Origin: Macrostomum lignano
Taxonomy: Eukaryota
Direction of reading: 5' to 3'
Length of the DNA: 64,000 nucleotides
Assembly (NCBI GenBank): GCA_002269645.1
Contig: NIVC01003569.1
Location: 26,822 to 90,821, forward strand
Part shown: one piece after another, positions 47,625 through 58,576 of the stretch
How the letters are laid out: each line of letters starts with the position of its first letter
Position numbering within the stretch: position 1 is the first letter of the stretch
Translations under genes and position numbers: made by a program
The notes under the pieces: generated by a model
The model's database searches: none
What the model saw: the letters and a program-made list of their open reading frames with translations, nothing else
Told to the model about the DNA's origin: nothing

Positions 47625-48877
47625 ACCTCCACTGTACATTGGGGCGGGATCCTTCCTCATTTAACACCCCGGAGCGCACTGTGCATTGGGGGGCGGGATT
47701 CCTTCATCATTTGACACCAGGGAGCGCACTGTACTTGGGATCCCCTTGAAAAAACCTTATTTGGGACTTGGGGAGAAATTTCTCTATGTTACTCCTCTCT
47801 GACCGCACTGTACTGAGGATCCCCTCTCGAAACATTGGCCCCTCGTACCCTATTTGGAAGCTATGGGTTGCAGACTAGGAACGCTCCTACCTGAACTGTA
47901 CTTGGGATCCCCCGGCCCTGGGAGGAATTTCTCTATGTTACTCCGCCCGCACTGTACATTGGGATCCCCCGGCCCTGACTCTGGGGGCGTGTCTCTTTAC
48001 TAGGAAGCCTGATATTTTACTTTGCACCTACATTATATGCTTAATTTTGCATACATATGTTGTATTATACTCAATTTGCAGTGTGTGTATTTTATCCTAT
48101 GCACTGAAATTTGTACCTGCGGGTTATTATGCAAAAATGTATCGTTTAAAATGCGCCTACATTATATGCTATGTAATTTTCTTGTATTATACTCAATTTG
48201 CACCTACATTGTGTGTATGTATGCACCTGCATTATACTAGCATCTACAAGCGCCTACTACACTAATGAGTAGGTTCTGTGTATTATACCTACTATTTTGT
48301 CTATTTCACCTACTTTTCTGCCAAAATATCGATAAAATGCACCTACATTGTGTGTTTTTTGCTGCTCATATGCTCCAATATGTACATTTTAATATGCATT
48401 ATGCGTCATTATTCACACCTACCAATATGTTTTATCTACTTTTTTATGCAAATATACGCAATTTCACCTACTATAAGTAGTTTTCACTAGCCTAATATCG
48501 CTGACTACATATCGGGAGAGTGTACTGGGGAGAGTGTACACTCGGGGTGCCTGCGACTTGGGAGAGTGTACACTCGGGGTGCCTGCGACTTGGGAGAGTG
48601 TACACTCGGGGTGCCGGCGGCATGGGCGTCTGCGGCATGGGCGCCTGCTGCTCTGGAGGGTGGGTATACATATCGGGAGGGTGTACATATCGGGGTACAT
48701 ATCGGGGTACATATCGGGAGGGTGGTCATACATATCGGGAGGGTGCGCCTGCGGCTGGTCGGCGCTTGGCGCCACGCGCCTGCGGCGCGCGCGCGCCGAG
48801 CGCCAGCCAATGAGAGGCGGGGAGGGTTGACACCCACCCCACCTCCAAAAAGGGCGGATAAATGGGTCCTTAGTAGT
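47625..48877 (-). repeat. Right terminal inverted repeat of the pPolB element
   Basis: Reverse complement of 39892-41232, with three rather than five 32-bp units. Confidence 0.93.
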
Positions 48878-51689
48878 AAAGTGATTGGAAATCGATCAGA
48901 GTAGTGATTTTTTAATATTTTGCTTGAAATCAGGCAAAAAACGCAATAGGACGGCAATATTTTAATGACGTCTGATTTCCCACATAACGAGGCACATTTG
49001 TGTCCAATTTCTAGAGATTCGGTTCATTGGGTAAAAAATTATCGATAAAAAACTGAAAACTTGACTTTTTACTTTTATGTTAGTTCCGGGGCTATTTAAA
49101 CTGGAAATGGTAGGAATTTTGCACTGAAATCAATGCACAGTGTTCCATATAGTTAATTTAACAAATTTCTTGAATTTCATAACCATTCGATGTTTTTTTC
49201 ATGTAAAAAATGCCTTTTTTGCATCGAAATTCATCACATTAAGCTGCATACCGCTTTGCATAATCTGCATTTGCATGCGATTGCTTGCATAGCTTTGGCG
49301 TTAGGCTAAGTTAAGCTGGTTAGAAAGGAAAGGAAAGGAAAGGAAAGGAAGGAATATTCGTACATACAATGTACACACCCGTCCCTTCCAAGTGGGGTTG
49401 TGGCAACGCGAGAGGGCTTGGCGGCTTGGTTTGGAGGGCGTGTAATAGAGCTTCATTTGACTCGCGCACAGACCAAGGCAAATTAGATCGATAAACGGGC
49501 GTCACGTGATTTGACGCCTGATTTGCCTGATTTCAAGCAAAATATTAAAAAATCACTACTCTGATCGATTTCCAATCACTTTTGACACATGAGCACTTGT
49601 TGCAGACACTCAAAAACTTGGTCGATTTTAGCCAGACATTAGTACAACTCGTTGCAGTATCCGCATTTGATCTACCATTCTTTAAAAAATTTAATCACCC
49701 ATTTTTCTGGCACCCAATCAGCCAAAAATCACAAATTATCGATTTCTGATCGATTTTTCAACCCGAAAGCAGCCAAATCAGACGGCGGAAATCCAAACCA
49801 ATATAGTACAGCAACTATGCTATAGAAATTCGAAATCGGATTATTCGCACCATGTTCTCAAAATTATAATGAGCAATAATACGAAAGTCATGTGATTTTT
49901 TGAAAAATCGATCTTTATCGATTTTCTCAGCACTGCAGAATCGTAGGAAAACAAAACTTTAGACACTTGTAGATTTTTGCATTGCGCATCTAACTGCACT
50001 GCTTTGAAGCCCAAACTCAAAAACCTTTGTAGGAAAAAGTGGCAAAATAATAAAATGAGGGTGACTTTTTTACCCAAAAAACTCACCAAAACTGAATAAA
50101 TATGTCGAAATAAATTAAAGCGCCATATACTATTTTGTAGGAAATTTAGTTTTACAACTTTGATCTTCAGATGTCGAAGCCGTATCTCGTAAGGTGTACC
50201 AGAATTTTGAGATCTCCTAGAAGCACTTTTGAAAAAATCGTCTTTCCCCTTAATTTACGGCTTAGTAATAAAATCTCTGCACTTAAAAGTATATTCATTC
50301 GATAGATCTAAAAGTTTTCTATCGATCGATACCTCACTCAACTCAATCCGTGCAGTGGTTGCAAAACAGGAGCATTTTTTGGCGAAAAAACGTGAAATTT
50401 CAAAATGCATTAGAGTCTAACTTATTTACTCGTAAATACTTTCTAGCCTTCGGCGGCGCCGGGCTCGGCTCGTTCACTGGTGGAACTAGGTTTATTAAGT
50501 AGTATGAAGACCCACGTCTAAAAAGAAGCCCGTTCACTGGTGGCAAAAAGACGTGTGCGTCTTCATACTACTTGTGTATTTACGCAAAAATTTGGCCTCC
50601 AGCCCAATTTCCACAAAAGCCAAATGTAATGTCCTTCTACTCTAGTTGTCCATGAATAAATGTTGGCAATGTCCTAGTTTCCCGCGTTAAATTAGGATCT
50701 GTATAAAAGCAGGGCACCATTGGCACATTGGACACCCCTTATGTTAACAAAAATCGAGTTTTGATCGTTGTTTTGCTTGAATAAATATACTTTGGCTTTC
50801 GAATGAAAATGTAAATATTTATTTATAATTGCACTTTTTCATATACTTCTAACAACCATGAGATTGGTAGTGTAGCGACTTTGAAATGAAAAAGGTAGAG
50901 CTAGGCGGTGGTTCGCCCTTGCTTGCTTCTTTGTTTGGCACTTGAGTTGCTCGAATATCAAAGAGGCTTGGAGCAGATGCTGGTTTAGCTACTGTATATT
51001 TATACTATAATTTGTCCTTCCGGAAATTTCTAGAATCATTCTAGTGCGGTAAAACAAACTGTATAGTAAGTATCGTACGCACGGTATTCATATTTTGTAT
51101 GATGATGAATTACAGTAAATGAATATTTATTGAGTAGAAATATTTACTACGAGATTAGAAATAGATAGATAAAGAATTTTCAAGAATTTAACTCGTACTG
51201 TATAGCAGAAATTTCTGGAAGTAAACATCATACGTTATAGAACTTTCGCGAAGGTCACTACAACAGTCCCCCGCGGAAGATGGAGTCCCTATGAGTCAGT
51301 TGATCGCGGATGAGTATGTACAAGATGAAACGCACTGCATGTAGGTCTGCGGATGAAAATTGTACAATGAGAAAGCGTCAGCTGTTAGTGGGTAAAGAGT
51401 TAGTCAAAAGTAGAAATAGTCATTTTTAGGTTTAAACAAGCTGTTGAAACCCGCGGATTTTGAACCCGGGGAATTCCAATCCCCGGAACTACTTTTGCAT
51501 GTATTCTGAAATCTAAGGCCATACACAAACAAAAACTTGTTAATAGTTAGTAGGATAGAGGTAGACATAAAATGGAGCACATTCGTGTAAAATTAGGATT
51601 TGAGGCAAACATTGATATTGTTGTCTGGGGTACTGCGCAGAATGTCAGGCAATGTCTGTCTGACTCTAAAACATGTATGGGCAAACTCT

Positions 51690-52334
51690 GGCCTCTCCCT
51701 GCCTCTCCCTACGTCCCTTGGATCCTTTAAAATTTCTATCGTCTCTTCTGTTTCCTCTCTTCTCTCTCGTCCCTCGTCTCTCCTCTCTCATCTCTCCCCT
51801 CTTCTCTCGTATCTTTCCTCATCTCTCTTCTCTTTCATCTCTCTTCTCTTTCATCTCTCTTATCTCATCTCATGTCTCTTCTTTTCTCTCTCCTCTCCTC
51901 TCTCCTCTCTACTTTTTCGTTTTCTCTCTCCTCTCCTCTCTCCTCTCTACTCTTTCGTTTTCTCTCTCCTCTCCTCTCTCCTCTCCCATCTTTTCTCGTA
52001 TCTTCCCTCATCTCTCTTTTCTTTCATTTCTCTTATCTCATCTCTTCCCTCTTCTTTTCTCTCTCCTCTCCTCTCTCCTCTCCCCCCTCTTCTCTCGTCT
52101 CTTCCTTCTCCTCTCTATTCTTTTCTCTCTTCTCTTAACTGTCTCCTCTACTCTCTCATCTCTCCTCTCTACTCGTTCCTCTCTCTCTCTCCTCTCATCT
52201 CTTCTTTCCTCTCTCCTCTCTCCCCTCTTCTCTCGTCTCTTCCCTCACCTCTTTTTTCTCTCTCGCCTTTGGTCTTTCATCTTTCCTTTCTTTTCTTTTA
52301 TCTTTTCTCTCTTATCTCTTCTCATTTCTCTCTG

Positions 52335-52414
<80 letters not shown>

Positions 52415-53170
52415 GTCTTTCTCTCTTATCTCTCCTCCTCTCTCTACTCTCTCCCCTCTCCATTCTCCTCTTTCCTCTCCTCTCTCCTCACTCACTTCTC
52501 TACATTTGTCTCTTTCTCTCCTCTCGTCTCCGTAATCTCTTATCTCTTCTCTGTTCTCTCTACTCTCCCATCTTTCATCTGTTCACTCTCGTCTCTGCTC
52601 TCTCATCCCCCTCTTTAATCTGGCATCTCAGTCTTATATGTTCTCTCACCTCTCTCCTCTGTACTCTTTTCTTTCCCCTCTTTTGACTCCTCACTTTCCT
52701 TTCTCCTTACTTTTTTCTCTTCTCTTCCCTTTTCTATACTCTCTCTCCCTTTCTTCTCTCTCTCGAGTCTCCTCTCTCCTTTATCTCTCATCTCTCATTT
52801 CTCATCTCTCCTTCCACCTCTCTCATCTCTACAACCTTGGAGATGTAGAGATGTATCTTTATCTCTTCTCTCTTCCCCAGTGGTGGGAGTGAGGAGTGCC
52901 CATTTTTTTCGCGCCTACGATTTTTTTTCGCGCCGCAAGCTTTTTTGTGTCAATCTTTTGTGTCAACTCTCTGCTCTCCTCTCTGCTGTCTCCTCTCATC
53001 TGCAGCTCTCTGCTCTCATCTCTACTCTCTCCTCTCGCTTTTCCTCTCTCCCTCTTCTCCCCCTCTCTCTCATCGTCCTCACCCCCTCATCTCTCCTATT
53101 ATCTTTTATATTTTCTTTTATCCCCTCTTTCGCTTCTCCTCTCTTCGAATCGTCTATTCCTTCTTTCCAC
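51690..53170. repeat. Pyrimidine-rich (CT/CTCTC) low-complexity tract including a (CT)n run at ~52337-52410
   Basis: The plus strand is almost entirely C and T. Confidence 0.95.
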
Positions 53171-53496
53171 TCTCATCTGCCCCTCAGCCATAAGCTGGAT
53201 TCTTTATCTGGCCACTGACATGGTTGTTCTCATGCTTTGATCACGTCATATTTCTTGCCAATTCGCAGCCCTGAAAGGAATTTGTGTATCTTCAGCTCTA
53301 CTGCAGTTTGCATCAGTCTAACAACCAAGGAAATACGCATTTCTTAGGAGGCCATTTAAATTTTAAAGTACTTTTAAGAGAAACTTAAAATGTCCATGGT
53401 GTGCCTAATTTATTAGGGTTGTATTTCATTGCATCGCATCGCCTTTTCATAAATCTTTCGCTTTTACAAACCATGCTGGATTCCCTCGATTTGCCA

Positions 53497-54349
53497 ATTG
53501 CCATCCACTGTTAAACTGCTGCAGAGTTTGCCAATACAGAGAGGAGGGCAGTGGTTAGAATTTCTCACTAAACTGTTATGGCTAAACGTAGCCTCTCCAC
53601 TCTTGGGGTGCGAGAAGGCTATAAAAAAGTTATTCCAAAACACTGTACATTTGCTATGTACATTCAGTCCTATCGCCTGACCCTTCGTCTGGCTCTGGGG
53701 GAATGAGTGAGTGAGTGGCACAAACAACAGAAAAAGCAGACAAACTTCACATGCTTACAGTTTCTTTTTCGGTTGAGTTACAGAGTTGAAACTTTACATT
53801 TAGATAGAGAATGAGTCAATGAAGAATTGTGTCAAGTTGGGAGTCAATCGCTTTACGTGGAGCAAACTTATAGCAGCTGAAAGTTAGCCAATTTTGAAAC
53901 CCTTTTACACATCTGGGCCCAGATCGGGATCGGGAAAGAGAGGCAGGCGGGCGGAGGTTGGGGTGGTTGCTACGCTGAAAAAAACAGCCTAACTTTAAAA
54001 GTGCACAGCACCGCTCAGGATTGACTTTGAGACTCGAAATTTTACAAAATTGTGCCAAAATAGTTAAAGATTATCTGTGTCAAATTTGAAGAGAATCGGT
54101 AGAAGTGGAGCGGCGCTATGGAGGATTAAGTGAAAAAATCGCGCATTTTGAGCAGTTTTTTGTACTTTTAGGTAGGAAGACTCAAATTTAGGAAATTAAA
54201 AGGTAGCCTAAGACATTCTCCGTAGTAAGTTTAGGGTGGGTGTAAAGTTTGGTGTAATTTGGTTGAGCGGTTTGGGAGTCCATAGCGATCAAAATTGTCC
54301 ACACACAGACAGACAGACAGACAGAGTTTTGATTTTTATAGGTAGAGAT
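53497..54349 (+). mobile_element. Interspersed ~850-bp repeat, DINE-1/HINE-like, copy 2
   Basis: Homologous to 37783-38632; ends (ACAG)n-GAGTTTTGATTTTTATAGGTAGAGAT. Confidence 0.65.
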
Positions 54350-54350
54350 T

Positions 54351-57300
54351 GCACTCTACGGCCGCTCCTGGTACGTACTGGTGATGGTGGTGGTTGCTGC
54401 TGATGAATCGCGGTTCGCGTCCTGGTTCGCTCCGGCTCTGTCTGCTGCGAACCTGCCTCCGTCGGTGCTGTCGTGCTACGGTCGCTAATGTCGTCTTCCC
54501 TGGTGCCCGACTGAGATGTTGATTCCTGTGGCACCGTCGACTCGCTGTTGGGAGGGTCGGCTGTCGGAGATGCTCGTCGTCTGTCAGGTGCAGACTGCGG
54601 TGTTGATCGACAAGGCTTCAGGCGGTCGATGGAGTCTCCTGACGTCTCCTGACTCCTGACGTCCTGCGGCTGTTTCGATGATGAAAAACTTCGGCAGTCG
54701 CTTCACTACCGGGTAGGGACCTTGGTACGGTGCTTCCAAAGGCTTCATTGTTCGGTCGACTCGGACCCAAACCTTCTCGGCTGTCTCGAGGTCGCTCGGG
54801 ATGTGCTTAGGCCGATCTGGTGGAGGTCTCGTGTCGTCAAGCAGGTTATCCAGGCGCAGTCGAATCATCTCGGGTGTTGGATCCTCGGCTGTCGTCAGGA
54901 CGCGCGGCATCATCGGGTGTTCTCCGGTCAGACGAGTGAATGGGCTTATGCCGTCGTCGTTTGGTGAGATGCGCATCGCAAGTAGCGCTAGAGGAAGATT
55001 CTCCAGCCAGGAGTTCCGCGAGCCTTTAGAATGGCTTTCAGGGTGCGGTGGGCCCGCTCCACTTTCCCGTTCGTCTGCGGGTGATACGCTGTTGTGCGCA
55101 GTCGGTGAAATCCGATGTCCTTAGCGACTCGGTTGAAAAACTCGGCTTCGAACTGCGGTCCTCGGTCGGTGACGATGTACAGCGGAACTCCAAAACGCGA
55201 AATCCGGGTAGATATGAATGCTGAGGCTACACTCTCTGCGGTGACGGATTCCAGCGGCGTGGCCTCGATCCAGCTGGTGCTACGGTCGACCATCGTGAGT
55301 AGGTAACGAGGAGTGAGACCGCAGGAGATGTCGTACTTCCGGTCGGGTACAGGCAGCGGACCGACGATGTCGATGTGCACAACTTCGAGTCGTTTCGATG
55401 GTAGGTCGAACGCAGAACTGCCGGCTGTCGTGTGGCGCCCAATCTTAGTTCGTTGGCAGGTTGCGCACGCTCGACAGAACTGTTTGATGGCATCTCGCAT
55501 GTTCGGCCAGAAGTATCGGGTTGTTAGCAGGCTGGCGGTCTTGCGGACGCCGTAGTGGCCAAGCTGGTGGAACTGCCGAATGAGCGGCTGTTGTAGCGAA
55601 TCTGGGACGACTGGACGAGGATAGTGACTGGAGGTATCGCACAACAATGTCTGCTTTCCGTCGAACTCATAGAATCGGCAGTTGTTGCTTGGTTGCATCC
55701 CGATTCGTTTCTGCTCTGCGGCAATGGCTGGCAAGTCGACGGGTTCCTCTAGGGATGTCTCCTCTGCGGCTGCAACCGTTTGCGTCGGCGAACCTCCGGA
55801 CTCGGATAACCTTGATAGGGCGTCGGCGACTATATTGTCAGAGCCGCGGATATAGACCACATCGGTGACGTATTCGGATATGATGCTCAGATAACGCTGG
55901 TTCCTGTCGGAGGTACCCTGGCTGCCGCTGTGGAAGGCCTGAACAAGGGGCTTGTGATCCGTAAAGATCGTGACCTGACGGCCCTCGATAAGGCTCCGGA
56001 AGTGAAGAACTGCCAGGTAGACTGCTAGGAGTTCTCGATCGAAAGCAGAGTAGGCTCGCTGCGTCGGCAAAAGGGTCTTGCTGAACAGCCCGAGCGGGAC
56101 TGGCGACTGACCGTCGGCTTGGTGTAGAGCGGCTCCCACGCAGGTTGCCGAGGCATCGGTGACCAGGCTGTAGGACGAACACTGCGGGTCGGGATGGTGA
56201 AGCAATTGATACGATCGGCTAGCTTACCCTTCAGCTGATTGAACGCGTCCTCGTGCTGCGATGTCCACTCGTACGTGCGCGGCGCCTTGAGTGACTTGGT
56301 GACCAGGTCTTGCAGCGGTGCAGCGGTGTGGCTGAAATGCGGGATGAAGCGGCGGTAGAACCCGATTGTGCCGAGGAACCTGCGCAGGGCCTGTGCGTTG
56401 CGAGGTGCCGGCCACTCACGGATGGCGTCAACCTTGGATTCGAGCGGCCGGATCCCGTCTGCTGTTACCTGGTGTCCAAGAAACGTGATTTCCTTCTGCA
56501 TGAAAGCACACTTGGTGAGCTGGACCTTCAAACCGTGTTGTTCAAGGCGTCGGAGTACGCTTTCGAGCACTCGGAGGTGGTCTTCCTCGTCCTTGGAGTA
56601 GACTAGCAAGTCGTCCACGTAGGCGAGCACGCCGTCGATGCCACGGAGCACAGTGTCAATGAATCGCTGAAACGTTTGACCTGCATTACGAAGACCAAAT
56701 GGCATGCGGATCCACTCGTAAAGACCGAACGGTGTGATGATTGCTGTCTTCGGTATGTCCTCTTCGGCGATTGGAATTTGATGATAGGCTCGCACCAGAT
56801 CCAGCTTGGAGAAAACCTTGGCACCGTGGAGATACCGTGTGAAACACTGGATATGAGGCACGGGATAATGATCCGGCTGGGTGATCTTGTTTAGCTGTCG
56901 ATAGTCTCCGCAGGGTCGCCACTTACCATTGGGTTTGCCGTCGTCCTTCTTAGGAGCCATGTGCAGCGGTGATGCCCAAGAGCTCGACGACGGCCGGAGG
57001 TACCCGGCTTCCAAGAGTTGCCGAAACTCTTCTCGGGCGATGGCGAGCTTCTCCGGATGCAGCTGTCGGGCTTTGGCGTGCGTCGGTGGTCTATCGCTCG
57101 TGATGATGTGGTGCTTCGTGTCATGTTTAACTTCGGTGGCCGGAGGTAGCCTCCCTCCTTCGACGCACGTGAAGGTGCTGCGGTAACGATCGATGAGTGC
57201 GCGTACACGAGGATCGCAGTGGTCTGGATACGCCAGCGACACGGCGAGTTCATCGAGGTCCACTGCGGTAACCGGCAGAGATGGCGTATGTAGTCTCGTT

Positions 57301-57653
57301 GTAGGGTCAACTAGTCGACGCCCCTTGCAGTCGACGATCAATTCGAAATGACTGAGGAAGTCGTACCCCAGGATAGGTTGTACGACGGATGCGACCAGGA
57401 ACGTCCAGCGGAATTCACGACGGAGTCCTCGGATGTTGACGTCGAGCGAGATCTCTCCAGCGACCGGTATCGATGCACCGGTGGCGGTGGTCAGGCGAAA
57501 TCCGGTCTCCTGAAGGTCCCGGTGGAATTGCTTCTGCGGAATTATCGACACTGCTGCGCCGGTATCGACCAGGAACGGGTAGTACTTGCTGTCTATCTTG
57601 ATATCCACCACCAGGAATTTCTTGCTCGCCGCCGGGGATGATGCACTGCTCAC
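54351..57653 (-). pseudogene. Gypsy pol (protease, RT, RNase H, integrase), frameshifted
   Basis: [54 protein letters not shown] and the tail VRTRSGRRV. Frame breaks near 56205, 55020 and 54600. Confidence 0.92.
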
Positions 57654-57676
57654 TGCGGCAAGTTGGGCAGTGCCCT

Positions 57677-58576
57677 CTAGTTTGACGGCTGACGTGTCGG
57701 AGAGGCTGACCTGGACTGTGCAGGTGTCTTTTCGTGAGTACTCAGAATTCGCGGCCGCCTACCACCCAAGGCGGACGGGAAACGACACCACGGTCGGCAG
57801 GTAAGCGCGCGTTCACCGTAGTAGATGTGGGCCCGGCAGACGACCGGACGCTGTCCTGGCTTGAACGGGGTGACGCTTGTCTGTGGCTGCAGTTGTCGGC
57901 GTGGCAGTTCGTCCCGTCTGGAGTTGATGGTCGGCGGTGGCGTCGGCTGTACAGCGCTGACTGAGCTCGCCGAGCTCTGGTAGCTGACCATGAAATCAGC
58001 GATTTCAGCGAGCTTCTCTGGCGATTCCTGCTGGAAGCCTGATAGTGCGACTCGTAGCTCACTGGGCAGGCAGCGGATGAGAGTCGCCTTGAGCATGTCG
58101 GAGCAGGAGCCCATGCCGCACTGAGCCATCTTGGCGCTGAGCTTCTTGACGAAGATTGAAGGCTTGTCGCCACCTAGATCGGACGTGGCCAGGATCTCGT
58201 TGATCTTCTCCTGCTGACTCTTCTGCAGAAGGTTGGAGATGGCGGCTTCAAGCGGCTCGTACTGTCGAGGCGTTGATGTCGTGATCAGCATCGACGAGAT
58301 ATCCTCCGGCAGGTGCGCAACCAAGTAGTGGTACTTGGTCTCGTCCGAAGTTATGCGCGCTAGGTGGAATTGCGACTCTAGGGTCCGGAACCAAGCTTCC
58401 GAATTGTTCCGGTACAGCGGCGGAACCTTAACGGACACGGCGGACACGCTTGGCTCAAGTATCGGTGGTGTATGTTGAACAGGTAGCTGCCCAGTGGGGT
58501 TGAGCACCGGGGCCTGGTTGTTGTCGGCGGCTGCTGCGGCCTGCTGCGATAGCTGCGGATCGCTTTCGTCGGCCAT
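57677..58576 (-). CDS. Gypsy Gag (299 aa)
   Basis: Intact ORF just after the PBS, with VKVPPLY..NSEAWF..LESQF..ARIT..ETKY and a C-terminal C..H..YG..A..C..C motif. Confidence 0.88.
   Translation of the reverse strand: MADESDPQLSQQAAAAADNNQAPVLNPTGQLPVQHTPPILEPSVSAVSVKVPPLYRNNSEAWFRTLESQFHLARITSDETKYHYLVAHLPEDISSMLITTSTPRQYEPLEAAISNLLQKSQQEKINEILATSDLGGDKPSIFVKKLSAKMAQCGMGSCSDMLKATLIRCLPSELRVALSGFQQESPEKLAEIADFMVSYQSSASSVSAVQPTPPPTINSRRDELPRRQLQPQTSVTPFKPGQRPVVCRAHIYYGERALTCRPWCRFPSALGGRRPRILSTHEKTPAQSRSASPTRQPSN

Larger units (their letters stand above)
39892..48877. mobile_element. Minimal Polinton-like self-synthesizing element (pPolB plus PC4-like gene only), 8986 bp
   Basis: 5'-ACTACTAAGG termini at both ends and a 6-bp TSD AAAGTG (39886-39891 and 48878-48883). 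The opposite arm of the host element shows the empty site TGTCA-AAAGTG-ATTGG. TIRs are ~1.3 kb. Confidence 0.93.
38950..50489. mobile_element. Non-coding foldback/long-TIR element that hosts the pPolB element
   Basis: Left arm 39019-39891 plus 48884-48938 is the near-perfect reverse complement of 49522-50449. There is also a 26-bp outer IR CTAGTTCCACCAGTGAACGAGCCGAG (38950-38975 and 50464-50489). Spacer 48939-49521. No TSD recognised. Confidence 0.8.

Noticed and set aside
39010-50450. A single element with ~2.3 kb TIRs
   Set aside because: The AAAGTG duplication and the empty site in the opposite arm show two nested elements.
51600-53240. Long Ser/Leu/Phe-rich ORFs of 311 and 337 aa
   Set aside because: They arise from a CT-rich low-complexity tract that lacks stop codons; there is no domain signal.
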